A stretch of DNA of 64,000 bases, taken from the IMG/VR virus record IMGVR_UViG_2974528200_000001, positions 27,511 through 91,510 of that record, one strand, 5' to 3'. This DNA is from a virus (Duplodnaviria; Caudoviricetes). Position 1 is the stretch's first letter. Each line of letters opens with the position of its first letter. A program made the position numbers and the translations under genes. Under the pieces are notes generated by a model, which was not told where the DNA came from, ran no database searches, and saw only the letters and a list, made by a program, of their open reading frames with translations. Positions 26,762 through 36,046 of this stretch are shown here, piece after piece.

Positions 26762-27049
26762 GTGGAGGCATGGATGACGAAACCTATCAATAGCGTCGCC
26801 GTCGAGATCGATGCAGCACGGCTACACAAGGCCATGCGAAACCTCGGCGACGCCATCCACGACGAACAGTGGCAAGACCTACCCGAACAGGTCCGACTTC
26901 AGATGCGCAGCCTGGCCGGTGAGTGCCGGGACGCCATCCTCGGGCCCCACCGCCGCGCATACAGCGACACCAACAACCGATCAGGGGTCTGCGCAGAGTG
27001 CCAGACCCAATACCCCTGCAATATAAGGAGATTCTTCACCAATGTCTGA
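26762..27049 (+). CDS. Hypothetical protein with H...C..C...YPC zinc motif
   Basis: C-terminal CAECQTQYPC motif common in actinophage small proteins. Confidence 0.6.
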   Translation: MEAWMTKPINSVAVEIDAARLHKAMRNLGDAIHDEQWQDLPEQVRLQMRSLAGECRDAILGPHRRAYSDTNNRSGVCAECQTQYPCNIRRFFTNV

Positions 27050-27239
27050 CCCATTCCAGAACAAGCTGGCCTTCAACAAGCGCGAACTCGCCGACGCCGT
27101 CGGTGTCTCCGAAGCCACCATCGACCGCGAGATCAAGGCCGGCAACCTCGAGGTGCGCTACGTCCGCGGCAAGGTCGTCATCATGCGTGACGCCGCGGTC
27201 GACTGGCTCAACGCCGCACCCACCGAGAAGGAGGTCTGA
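27042..27239 (+). CDS. Excisionase-like HTH DNA-binding protein
   Basis: ELADAVGVSEATIDREIKAGNL...RG.V.I....V.WL (HTH_17-like). Confidence 0.8.
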   Translation: MSDPFQNKLAFNKRELADAVGVSEATIDREIKAGNLEVRYVRGKVVIMRDAAVDWLNAAPTEKEV

Positions 27240-27240
27240 C

Positions 27241-27450
27241 GTGGATCAGACCGGACTGATAGTGACCGACACCCAGTCTCGCACCGTCGATCTGGTTACG
27301 GACTGCCGCCCCACGCTCGAGGAGGTCGAGGCGTTCGTGAAGGCGTGCCGCAAGGCTGGCATGGAGGGTTCCTACGGGGTGGACGTCTCGAGCATGGGAT
27401 TCCACTACAAGCTATCGATGACGTCCTCGGTCGAAACGACGCTTGACTAA
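27241..27450 (+). CDS. Hypothetical protein
   Basis: GGAGG SD, GTG at 27241. Confidence 0.5.
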   Translation: MDQTGLIVTDTQSRTVDLVTDCRPTLEEVEAFVKACRKAGMEGSYGVDVSSMGFHYKLSMTSSVETTLD

Positions 27451-27649
27451 CGAGTGGCCATCCGTCTAATGTCTAACGCATCACAAGAGTGTGAGTTCGC
27501 CACCTTGTTCCAGGCCTGCAACAGTCCAGCCGAGTACGAGGTCACCTATCGATGGTGGGGGCGGAAAGTATTCTGCGCCAGTCACTTTCACGAGATGAAC
27601 ACTGACGGCGACAGGCATGTACTAAGTGTAGCCGCCGCGCTGACTCAGG

Positions 27650-27682
27650 CATGAGGTCCGAGCACCGCGGAGCGGATTGACA
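27650..27682 (+). repeat. Leader motif copy 3
   Basis: CATGAGGTCCGAGCACCGCGGAGCGGATTGACA upstream of the AAGGAGG SD of 27718. Confidence 0.8.
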
Positions 27683-27717
27683 TCCACAGAACACCACAAC
27701 AAGGAGGTCGCAAACAC

Positions 27718-28854
27718 ATGACAGATCCGACACAGACAGCAGCAACAAAAATCGGCGCGCGCATCAAAGCACTCCGCGAGTCGCACAACCTGACCCAGGA
27801 ACAGGTCGCGGTGCAGCTGGGCTGGAAGCGCCAGAAGTGGGGGAGCATAGAGTCGGGTAACACCGACGGCCACTACGGAGCATCCCGGCACGCCGCCTAC
27901 CGTGAGATCGCCGACCTGTTCGGTGTCGACCCGTTCTTCCTGCGTGAGAAGCCGAACCAGCCGTTGACGTCGACCAAGGCCATGCCGATCACCATCCTCA
28001 AGCGCCTCACCGCCCTGCAGGACGCCGGCTGGACCTTCGAGCGCATCTCTGAGGCCACCGAGATTTCCATGTTCGACCTCAAGGCGCTGCACATGCGTGC
28101 TCTGTCCGACGATCCGTGGCGACCATCCATCTCGGTCGACATCACCAACGCACTCTTCGAGAACACCCCCGACGTCTCCATCCATGAGGACATGGAGTTC
28201 GTTACCGCGCTCCCGATCCACCACCACATGGAAGAGCTCGGCGAAGTCGGATACGGCGGTGTGGAGCAGTACAACTCGGCATCCACCGACCGCGACGGAC
28301 TGATCGTGATGCTGACATCAGGAGGCAAGGACGTCCTGCGCCGGCTGGGAACCTACAAGTTCGCCGCGACCCACCTCGTGCGCCAGTCACTGGCCACCGA
28401 CGTCATGGCCCTGCCATCCAACGTCAACGCACGCATTCCGAGCGCTGTGGGGGCCACCAGGCGGCTGCAGGCGCTCGTCGCATGGGGATATGACCCAGAC
28501 GGGCTGCAGAAGCTCCTGGGATTCAGTGACATGCAAATGCACCGCACGCTCTACGGCACCAGCGTCGATGCACCCCTCGAGCGCGAGGCGGGCATCCGAC
28601 TCGTCAAGGAGTTCAGCCGACTCGAGCACATCCGCGGCAAGGACGACGACGCCGCCGAGATTGCCGCCGAGATGGGGTGGGCTCTACCGTTCCAATGGGA
28701 CGAATACACCATTGACAAAATGGGCAGCAAGAAATGGAATCGGCGCAAAGACCGAACCGATAAAGCGCCCTACGAAGGATTCCCGGAAAAGCGACTCGAA
28801 AACCTTCGGAAAGAATTCGAAGAACTCATTATCGACCTCGGGAAGGCGGCATAA
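27718..28854 (+). CDS. XRE HTH DNA-binding protein (multi-HTH regulator)
   Basis: IGARIKALRESHNLTQEQVAVQLG...IESG; later RL.AL...GW and GATRRLQALVAWGY repeats. Confidence 0.8.
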   Translation: MTDPTQTAATKIGARIKALRESHNLTQEQVAVQLGWKRQKWGSIESGNTDGHYGASRHAAYREIADLFGVDPFFLREKPNQPLTSTKAMPITILKRLTALQDAGWTFERISEATEISMFDLKALHMRALSDDPWRPSISVDITNALFENTPDVSIHEDMEFVTALPIHHHMEELGEVGYGGVEQYNSASTDRDGLIVMLTSGGKDVLRRLGTYKFAATHLVRQSLATDVMALPSNVNARIPSAVGATRRLQALVAWGYDPDGLQKLLGFSDMQMHRTLYGTSVDAPLEREAGIRLVKEFSRLEHIRGKDDDAAEIAAEMGWALPFQWDEYTIDKMGSKKWNRRKDRTDKAPYEGFPEKRLENLRKEFEELIIDLGKAA

Positions 28855-28857
28855 AGA

Positions 28858-29835
28858 ATGGCACGCGACCACGCCAGAATCAGCATCGACATCGCCGACG
28901 ATGATGAACTGGAAGACCTCTCCACTGACGCCCAGTGGCTCTACTTCCGGGTGCTGCTCCCGGACCCATCGCTGAACCACTGCGGCGTCGCAGACTGGCG
29001 ACCACGCCGGCTCGCGGTCAAGAGTCGGGACATGACACCCGAGCGTCTGGTGGCCGCAGCAGCCGAGCTGGAGGCGTCACGGTTCGCGATCTTCGACGAG
29101 GAGACTGAGGAGGTTCTCGTTCGATCGTTCATCCGCAACGACCATGTTCTGCGTAATCCGAAGGTCGCCGTGGCGCTCCTGAAGGCCTACCGGATGGTCG
29201 CTTCGAAGCATCTCAAGTCGCTGATCCTGGCCGAGGTGGCACGCGAGTACGAGGAGCATCCGGAGTACTCATCGTGGACTTCGACCCTTTGCGGCGATGA
29301 CCTGCAGAAACTCCTGGAACGGTACGAATCGGATACCCAATCCGATTACCAATCCGATACCCAATCCGATTACCAATCCGATGCAAAATCAACCCCCCTA
29401 ACCCCTAAGCCCCTTACCCCTAAGCCCCTAGCCCCTAAGCCCCTAGCCCCTAGCCCCACGAGCGCAGGCAAGCCTGCGTCCTCGTCGCGAAGCTCCTCGG
29501 TGACTGCGGCGACGGCCAAGGAGTTCGAGGAGTTCTGGACGTTGTACCCGCGGAAGATCGGTCGCAAGAAGGCGCTCGAGAAGTTCGCCGTGGCACGACG
29601 CAACGTGGACCTCGACGTGCTACTGTCTAGTGTCGAACGCTACGTTGGACACCTCCGGGCCACCCGGACCGAGGAGCGGTTCATCAAGCACCCGGCCACC
29701 TGGCTCAACCAGGGCTGCTGGGACGACGTCTACGAGACCTCGCCGGTAATCAAGGCAGCAACCGGACAGGACTTGCTGAAGAACCGAATCATTCAACGTC
29801 ATTCCGAAGGGAGGCCCGCAATTGCAGCAAAGTAA
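28858..29835 (+). CDS. RepA-like replication initiator
   Basis: MARDHARI...I..DD....L...AQWLY N-terminus; FEEFW..YPRK.G.K.A...F and FIKHPATWLN..CWDD C-terminus; internal iteron-like repeats. Confidence 0.85.
   Translation: MARDHARISIDIADDDELEDLSTDAQWLYFRVLLPDPSLNHCGVADWRPRRLAVKSRDMTPERLVAAAAELEASRFAIFDEETEEVLVRSFIRNDHVLRNPKVAVALLKAYRMVASKHLKSLILAEVAREYEEHPEYSSWTSTLCGDDLQKLLERYESDTQSDYQSDTQSDYQSDAKSTPLTPKPLTPKPLAPKPLAPSPTSAGKPASSSRSSSVTAATAKEFEEFWTLYPRKIGRKKALEKFAVARRNVDLDVLLSSVERYVGHLRATRTEERFIKHPATWLNQGCWDDVYETSPVIKAATGQDLLKNRIIQRHSEGRPAIAAK
29327..29457. repeat. Candidate replication origin: 12-bp iterons plus a C-rich tandem repeat
   Basis: AATC(C/G)GAT(AC/TA)CC about x4.5 (29327-29382), then CCCCTA(A/G)-type units (29393-29457) inside the initiator gene. 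Confidence 0.7.
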
Positions 29836-30361
29836 AGACCCAGTCGAAATCGCCGAAGCGGTTTTGTGGAAAGCATCGGTTCTCGACGCCAAAATGAAAT
29901 TGCCCGACGACCCCCAGCAATTGGATTTCAAAATCCAGGCATGGGCATCGGTATTCGAGGCTGACGGCGACATCTGGCTCCACGAAGCGATCCGGGCGGT
30001 CGACGACCACTACCGCAAGAGCAGCTACGCGCTGATGCCGAAGAACATCGTGGACTACGTCCACGCTCTGCCGAAGGACTCCTCCCGCGAGCGGCTGCAG
30101 GACTGGATCATCGGCCAGGGTCGCCACCCCTACGCCCAGAACGTCCAGACCATGGCCGGCGTCACCTTCGACCAGACCGGCGACCCCGAGGAGGCGCGCG
30201 CCCAGTACCAGCGATGGCTGCGCGAGAACCTCGAGGAGCTCACGGATCTGATCATGGGCAAGTACACCGCGGGCGTGGCCAAGATCCAGGGCCAGCCGGT
30301 GCGTAACTCGATGATCGACCCCTACGGACTTGCCGACGTCCTCCCGGCGGTGGAGTCATGA
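29822..30361 (+). CDS. Replication-associated protein (possible helicase loader/inhibitor-like)
   Basis: AW...F......EA.RAV..HY......MP..I pattern; directly after the initiator. Confidence 0.5.
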   Translation: MQQSKDPVEIAEAVLWKASVLDAKMKLPDDPQQLDFKIQAWASVFEADGDIWLHEAIRAVDDHYRKSSYALMPKNIVDYVHALPKDSSRERLQDWIIGQGRHPYAQNVQTMAGVTFDQTGDPEEARAQYQRWLRENLEELTDLIMGKYTAGVAKIQGQPVRNSMIDPYGLADVLPAVES

Positions 30362-30672
30362 GCTTCCCCTGGGATTCACCCGGCCTGCCGGCGGGGGAGC
30401 GGTGCCGGTGGCACAAGGGCCTCTGCGCCTACCACGAGGCCGACCCGGCCCACTGCACCTACTGCCACACCACAGCCGGAAGATGCGGTTGCCGTACCTC
30501 GGACACCACCCTGCCCCTGAACATCGCTCTGTCGGCAATTGAGGCGGCAAAAACCGGCAAGCCTGCGAAGGTCCTGCAAGAAGAATTCGGCCTTTCGCAC
30601 AGTGTGGCCGTGTCACTCGTCCGCCGAGCAGTCGGCGGCAAGAAGTCAGAACGCAACGAAGAGGAGAACTGA
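30358..30672 (+). CDS. Hypothetical Cys/His-rich protein
   Basis: ATGA overlap. Confidence 0.55.
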   Translation: MSFPWDSPGLPAGERCRWHKGLCAYHEADPAHCTYCHTTAGRCGCRTSDTTLPLNIALSAIEAAKTGKPAKVLQEEFGLSHSVAVSLVRRAVGGKKSERNEEEN

Positions 30673-30673
30673 A

Positions 30674-31012
30674 ATGGAATTCAACGACTACCAGAACGCC
30701 ACCGCGGCGACCGCGATCTACCCAGGCGCGGGCGAGGGCACGCTGGCCGCTCTCGCCTACGTCGGACTCGGCCTCGGTGAGAGCGGCGAGATCCAGGGCA
30801 AGCTCAAGAAGATCATCCGTGACGACGCCGGCCAGATCACCGACGAGAAGCGGGATGCGATCAAGAAAGAGATGGGCGACACGCTGTGGTACCTCGCGCG
30901 CCTCGCCGCCGAACTCGACCTCTCGCTCAACGACGTCGCCGATGCCAACCTCGACAAGCTGCTCGACCGCAAGGATCGGGGTGTGCTGCAGGGGAGCGGT
31001 GACGAGCGATGA
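30674..31012 (+). CDS. MazG-like nucleotide pyrophosphohydrolase
   Basis: FNDYQ...TAIYP, LGL.GE.GE...K.KK.IRD, KEMGDTLWY, N..KL.DR..RG...GSGD.R. Confidence 0.9.
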   Translation: MEFNDYQNATAATAIYPGAGEGTLAALAYVGLGLGESGEIQGKLKKIIRDDAGQITDEKRDAIKKEMGDTLWYLARLAAELDLSLNDVADANLDKLLDRKDRGVLQGSGDER

Positions 31013-31329
31013 ACACCGAAACCACTGCCGCCCTGGACAGAATCGAGGACTGCCGGATTGATGTACGCCGCGCCAAGACGGGCCTGAGCATCACCGGCAC
31101 CCTCCTCGTGGCGTTCGTCGCACTGAACGTGTGGGGCTTCTATCACGACCTCACCGCCGACTACTCGACCCGGAATGACTACAACCAGCTGGTCGTGACC
31201 GCCCTGATTTTCGGCCTGGTGTCGTTGATCGCGACCGGCATATGCACGGCCTGGGTGTGCGGCTCCCGAGATGACTTGCGCATGGCTGAGCGGGCATACC
31301 GCGACGTTCTGGCCAAGGAGGCAGCGTGA
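31009..31329 (+). CDS. 2-TM membrane protein
   Basis: Two hydrophobic helices; paralog of the next gene. Confidence 0.65.
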   Translation: MNTETTAALDRIEDCRIDVRRAKTGLSITGTLLVAFVALNVWGFYHDLTADYSTRNDYNQLVVTALIFGLVSLIATGICTAWVCGSRDDLRMAERAYRDVLAKEAA

Positions 31330-31754
31330 ACAAGGATGTCATTGCTGCGCTTGACCTGATCGAAGACATTGAGGTCTATATGGGCCGCATGAAGACGACC
31401 GTCAAGGCGTCAACCATCGCGACCGTTGTGAGCACCCTGATCCTCATGGCAGGGGCCGCGGTCTGGTTCACCGACGCCGGCGCGGGGGTCGAGAGCGGCA
31501 GATGGCTGCTGTTCGTGGTCCCCGGCGGCATCGGCGCAGTGGTCTCGCTGGGAGTCCTCGTCGGGGCTGTGACACGCCGCGTCCAGCTCTCCGACGACCT
31601 GCGCGGTGCCTACCGCAAGCATCGCGACGCCATCGACGACATCCCGGACCCGAACGAACGCAAGAAGGCAGAGCGGCACTTCTCGTACAGCTACGTGTGC
31701 AGCGTCTGCCGCAATCAAGTCCACGACCCGATCGCGAAAGCAGCAGGTTTCTGA
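31326..31754 (+). CDS. 2-TM membrane protein
   Basis: Shares AALD.IED and DDLR.A.R..RD with the previous gene. Confidence 0.65.
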   Translation: MNKDVIAALDLIEDIEVYMGRMKTTVKASTIATVVSTLILMAGAAVWFTDAGAGVESGRWLLFVVPGGIGAVVSLGVLVGAVTRRVQLSDDLRGAYRKHRDAIDDIPDPNERKKAERHFSYSYVCSVCRNQVHDPIAKAAGF

Positions 31755-31755
31755 C

Positions 31756-32079
31756 ATGACCGACTACACGATGCCCGACCCACCCAACGGCGGCGGGGAG
31801 TGGCGCTGGAAGATCTCCAAGTCCCCGGTCGGCGGGTCCACCTTCGGGTTCGCCAACCTCAAGCTGCAGTCCAAGAGCCTCGGCATCTGGTGGACCGTGG
31901 ACGGCACCACCGTCATCCTCGACGGCACGCCGGAAGAGAATGCCGAAGAGTGCTGCGACGCAGCCAGATACGTCCTCGAGCGATACACCAGGCGCAGTCG
32001 CACTCTCACCAAGATCGACGTCAACGGTCTCGAGGGTGCAGTCCACGGGCACGGCATCACCGGGAGCAAGCATGACTGA
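31756..32079 (+). CDS. Hypothetical protein
   Basis: Operon spacing. Confidence 0.55.
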   Translation: MTDYTMPDPPNGGGEWRWKISKSPVGGSTFGFANLKLQSKSLGIWWTVDGTTVILDGTPEENAEECCDAARYVLERYTRRSRTLTKIDVNGLEGAVHGHGITGSKHD

Positions 32080-32392
32080 CGACGACTACCCGAACGAGCC
32101 AGCAGTCACCTACTACGAGCTGCAGTGCCGCGGCGAAGTCGAAGGTGATGACATCAACGAGTTCATCGCGTTCTGGCACACCGAATACCCCGGCACCCTC
32201 GAGCTCCACGAGTACCTGGGGCTCACCGTGGACCAGTACTCGTACTGGGTGGCCCATGATGTTGTCGTCCCTCCCGGTATCGCGGCCTGGTGGGTTGCCT
32301 ACCGTGAGGCAACCGAAGAGCGAGCCATGCGTGAAGCTCGCGAAAGCCGTGCGCGCAAGCGTAATTGGTGGCGACGCTTGACACACCGATGA
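32072..32392 (+). CDS. Hypothetical protein
   Basis: WH.....LELHEYLGLT..QY..WV motif. Confidence 0.6.
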   Translation: MTDDDYPNEPAVTYYELQCRGEVEGDDINEFIAFWHTEYPGTLELHEYLGLTVDQYSYWVAHDVVVPPGIAAWWVAYREATEERAMREARESRARKRNWWRRLTHR

Positions 32393-32444
32393 TTTACTGT
32401 CTACTGTCTAACGCAACACACCAACAACAGATCGGAGCTCAACC

Positions 32445-32843
32445 ATGAACCCATTCAAGAAGGCCGGCATCGCAGCACTCGCCGTCATCGCCGGCACCAC
32501 CCTCGTCACCGCGTGTGGCAAGGGGGCGAACGACGCCGACGTCGTCTCCGAGAACATCGCGACCGCCGCGGACAACTTCGAGATCAACCGGCGCATCGTC
32601 GTCATCAACAACGAGAGCGACAAGGTCATCCAGCTCATCGAGGGCTGGTGCAACGCCGAGATCGAGTCCGACGTCATCCGCACCACGTGCAAGGTCCCCG
32701 GCGGCTACCACAAGCACATCAACCTGCGGAACGCCCACACCATGGTCTCCATCCAGCAGCTCGACGCCGCGAACGTGTCGAAGGACCACTACCGGGTCAC
32801 CTTCAACCCCTCGACCATCATCCCGGAGATCAACGTTCGATGA
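32445..32843 (+). CDS. Lipoprotein
   Basis: Signal peptide with lipobox VTAC; ADNFEINRRIVVIN. Confidence 0.8.
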   Translation: MNPFKKAGIAALAVIAGTTLVTACGKGANDADVVSENIATAADNFEINRRIVVINNESDKVIQLIEGWCNAEIESDVIRTTCKVPGGYHKHINLRNAHTMVSIQQLDAANVSKDHYRVTFNPSTIIPEINVR

Positions 32844-33682
32844 CCGTCCGGTTGTGGGCGCAAAGCCTGGTCGACATGGAACTTCACCCACTCGAGGTGT
32901 TCCAGTTCCCTGGTGGTGAGTTCCATATCGACGTCGAGGGCTCCAACCTCGACGAGGATGTAGCCCACCGCTGGATCGCTGAGGTCAAGGGCGCAGACGC
33001 CAACGACCTGGTCGTTGCGAACCTGATGGCCAACATCGCGAAGGAGCGGATGGAGGCGCGCTACCTCCTCATCCCGTACCTGCCGGCTGCGCGCGCAGAC
33101 CGGGGGACACCGTTCGGGCTTGGCGTCTACGCCCGCATCATTAACGCCGGTGACTGGAACGGTGTCCTCACGGTCGACGTCCACAACCCGCTTGCCGCAC
33201 GTCGCGAGGTAGTCGGCCTGCAGGACCTGGACGTCTCCAGTCTCGTAGCGGAGGCGTCCTGGGACAAGGGCTTCACCGCGGTCATTGCCCCCGACAAGGG
33301 TGCGACCGACCGGGCATTCGCCGTCGCCGACAAGCTGGGTGTCGGCACGATCGTCGCGAACAAGAAGCGCGAGTTCAGCACCGGCAAGATCCTCGAGATC
33401 ACCTGCCCCAAGCTCGATCCCAGTGGCAACTACCTCGTCGTGGATGACATCTGTGACGGTGGCGGGACCTTCAATGGCCTCGCCGCAGCCACCGGCCTGG
33501 ACCCGGACCAGCTGTCGCTGTGGGTTACCCACGGCATCTTCTCCGGTGCCAGTTCCAGCCTCTGGGATCACTACAAGGAGATCCACACCACCGACAGCCA
33601 TCCGGGCACCCTGCAGCTCGGCAAGTGGACCACCAAAGCGCCCCTGTGGCCATGGATGATGAGGAGCATTGACAACCGATGA
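32840..33682 (+). CDS. Ribose-phosphate pyrophosphokinase-like protein (candidate Adps)
   Basis: FPGGE, PYLPAARADR, DVH, IAPDKGA, VVDDICDGGGTF, VTHGIFS. Confidence 0.9.
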   Translation: MTVRLWAQSLVDMELHPLEVFQFPGGEFHIDVEGSNLDEDVAHRWIAEVKGADANDLVVANLMANIAKERMEARYLLIPYLPAARADRGTPFGLGVYARIINAGDWNGVLTVDVHNPLAARREVVGLQDLDVSSLVAEASWDKGFTAVIAPDKGATDRAFAVADKLGVGTIVANKKREFSTGKILEITCPKLDPSGNYLVVDDICDGGGTFNGLAAATGLDPDQLSLWVTHGIFSGASSSLWDHYKEIHTTDSHPGTLQLGKWTTKAPLWPWMMRSIDNR

Positions 33683-35148
33683 ATCGATTCGCACCCGTAG
33701 CACCGCTGTTTCAGACGGACGCCTATAAGCTGGGGCACCGCGACCAGTATCTGCTCGCCGGCAATACCACCCGTGTCTACTCCAACTTCACCAACCGCAA
33801 GAGCCGACTCCCCGGCGTTGACAAGGTGGTCCACTTCGGCCTGCAGGCGTTCATCCAGAAGCACCTCGTCGAGGACTTCGAACCGTTCTTCGCCGCCGAC
33901 GAAGACCTCGTGTGTGACCTGTACGAGGAGCGTGTCACCCAGATCCTCGGGCCGAACACCATTGGCTCCGACCACATCCGGTCCCTGCATCGCAGGGGAT
34001 ACCTGCCGCTGCGGTTCTGTGCGGTCCCGGAAGGCACCCTCGTCCCGATCCGAGTGCCATCGTTCACCGTGGAAAACACGGACCCCGAGTTCTTCTGGCT
34101 GACCAACTACATCGAGACCGCATTGTCGGCTGGTGTGTGGCAGGCGTCCACCTCGGCGACCATCGCGCACGAGTACCGGCTGATCCTCGACCAGGCCGCG
34201 GAAGCGACCGGCGGTGCGCCGGAGGCTGTCGACTTCCAGTGCCACGACTTCTCCTACCGCGGGATGTCGTCGCAGGAATCGGCACAGTTGTCGGGTGCCG
34301 CCCACCTGCTGTCGTTCAGCGGCACCGACTCGCTGGTCGCGCTGGACTGGATCGATCACTACTACGGCGGCGAGTACGTCGCCGGTTCGGTGCCGGCCAC
34401 CGAGCATTCGGTGATGTGTACCGGCATCGAACAGGTCGGTGAGCTCGAGCTGTTCTCGCGACTGCTCGACCTGTACCCGACGGGCATCTTCTCGGTCGTC
34501 TCCGACACCTTTGATCTGTGGAAGGTGCTCACCGAGTACCTTCCGACGCTCAAGGGCAAGATCCTCGGCCGCGACGGAAAGATCGTGATCCGCCCCGACT
34601 CGGGCGACCCGGAGAAGATCATCTGCGGCGACCCGGACGCGGAGTGGGCCACGCCGGCCTGGTACGGCGTGGTGCGCCTACTGGACATGCACTTCGGCTC
34701 CAAGATGAACGCCGCTGGCTACCTCGACTTGAACCCGCACGTCGGCGTCATCTACGGAGACAGCATCACCCTCGAGCGCGCCAAGACGATCACCTCGCGC
34801 CTCGCTCAGATGGGTTACGCCTCAACCAACGTCGTGTTCGGCGTTGGCAGCTACACCTACCAGCACAACACGAGGGACACCTTTGGCTCGGCGATGAAGG
34901 CAACCTGGGCCGAGGTCGACGGCAAGGGCGTCAACCTGCTCAAGGACCCGGTCACCGACGACGGCACCAAGAAGTCGGCGACCGGACGCCTGGCAGTACA
35001 TCGCGACCACGGCGAACTGACCCTCCTCGAGCAGGCGCGACCCGGCGAGGAAGCAACCAGCCTCCTGCAGCCCGTCTGGGAGAACGGCAGATTCCTTCAC
35101 TGGCAGTCCTTCGACTATGTCCGGAAGACGCTCGTGGATCAGACCTGA
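33679..35148 (+). CDS. Nicotinamide phosphoribosyltransferase-like protein (candidate Namat)
   Basis: TDAYKLGH, HDFSYRG, SVPATEHSVM, SVVSDTFD, RPDSGDP, IYGDSIT, FGVGSYTYQ, KDPVTDDGTKKSA. Confidence 0.93.
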   Translation: MNRFAPVAPLFQTDAYKLGHRDQYLLAGNTTRVYSNFTNRKSRLPGVDKVVHFGLQAFIQKHLVEDFEPFFAADEDLVCDLYEERVTQILGPNTIGSDHIRSLHRRGYLPLRFCAVPEGTLVPIRVPSFTVENTDPEFFWLTNYIETALSAGVWQASTSATIAHEYRLILDQAAEATGGAPEAVDFQCHDFSYRGMSSQESAQLSGAAHLLSFSGTDSLVALDWIDHYYGGEYVAGSVPATEHSVMCTGIEQVGELELFSRLLDLYPTGIFSVVSDTFDLWKVLTEYLPTLKGKILGRDGKIVIRPDSGDPEKIICGDPDAEWATPAWYGVVRLLDMHFGSKMNAAGYLDLNPHVGVIYGDSITLERAKTITSRLAQMGYASTNVVFGVGSYTYQHNTRDTFGSAMKATWAEVDGKGVNLLKDPVTDDGTKKSATGRLAVHRDHGELTLLEQARPGEEATSLLQPVWENGRFLHWQSFDYVRKTLVDQT

Positions 35149-35483
35149 TGAACGTCATCTGTGACGGAATGCCCAAGGCCCGCAAAGAACATGAGTGCGG
35201 GTTCTGTGGCCGCGTCATCCGCAAGGGTGAGCACTACCGCCGACAGTTCAACAAGGAAACCACCGAGGTGTGGACCTGGAAGAACTGCGCACACTGCGAC
35301 GTCGCCGCGTCCCTCATCGACCTGTATGACTACGGGCTCGATGAGGGCATGGCGTCGCGCGACAGCTTCACTGAGTTCGAACCCGAGAGCGTCGGCGAGG
35401 AATACCTCCTCGAGTGTTTCCGGGCCCAGTGGACCTACCCGAGTGGACGGCTCATGCCGATCCCTACATACCCGGAGGAGTGA
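35148..35483 (+). CDS. Hypothetical zinc-binding protein
   Basis: KARKEHECGFC...I.KGE.Y...C..C. Confidence 0.65.
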   Translation: MNVICDGMPKARKEHECGFCGRVIRKGEHYRRQFNKETTEVWTWKNCAHCDVAASLIDLYDYGLDEGMASRDSFTEFEPESVGEEYLLECFRAQWTYPSGRLMPIPTYPEE

Positions 35484-35683
35484 ACGTGGAACCGCATGTT
35501 GAGGCGATGGGCGAAGTCGCCGCCGAGATGCTCGAGAAGGTCGTGGACTACGTGTTCACCGAGGTCTGCGAGGCCGCGGGGATCGCCTACGACAAGAACA
35601 ACCCGAAGATGCTCGACGAGCTGGTGGAGAAGATCGAAGACCTTCGCGAGAAGGCATGGAGACTGGAGGAACTGGAACGATGA
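35480..35683 (+). CDS. Hypothetical protein
   Basis: GGAGG SD, overlap coupling. Confidence 0.55.
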   Translation: MNVEPHVEAMGEVAAEMLEKVVDYVFTEVCEAAGIAYDKNNPKMLDELVEKIEDLREKAWRLEELER

Positions 35684-36046
35684 CCGAACGTGGACAGAAA
35701 CTGATCAGCGAGATCCGTGCTCTCGCAGCCGAATACCCCGAAGCGTGAGGCGAAGTGTGTATACTTCGAGGACCCCAGTGACTTGACCCAGCCCTGCTGC
35801 ATCGTCGGCCACGCGGCACGCAACCTCGAACTCACCAACCTCCTCGTCACCGACGGCGACCCCGACGGCCCTAATGCCGACGATTGGAGCGCGTGGAACA
35901 GGCGAGAGTTCGTCGAGCTCCCCCTCTCCAAGGATCTGACCCGAGACGAGAAGATGTGGATCAACACTGTCCAGAAGTACCAGGACCGCAAACACCCCTG
36001 GTGGGCCGCGGTCGAGGCAGCAGACGACCTGGTCGGGGAGATGTGA
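35680..36046 (+). pseudogene. Frameshifted hypothetical gene
   Basis: MTERGQKLISEIRALAAEYP (ATG 35680) stops at 35748, but continues as KREAKCVYFEDP...PCCIVGHA in the +1 frame after the CCCC run at 35736-35739. Confidence 0.55.
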
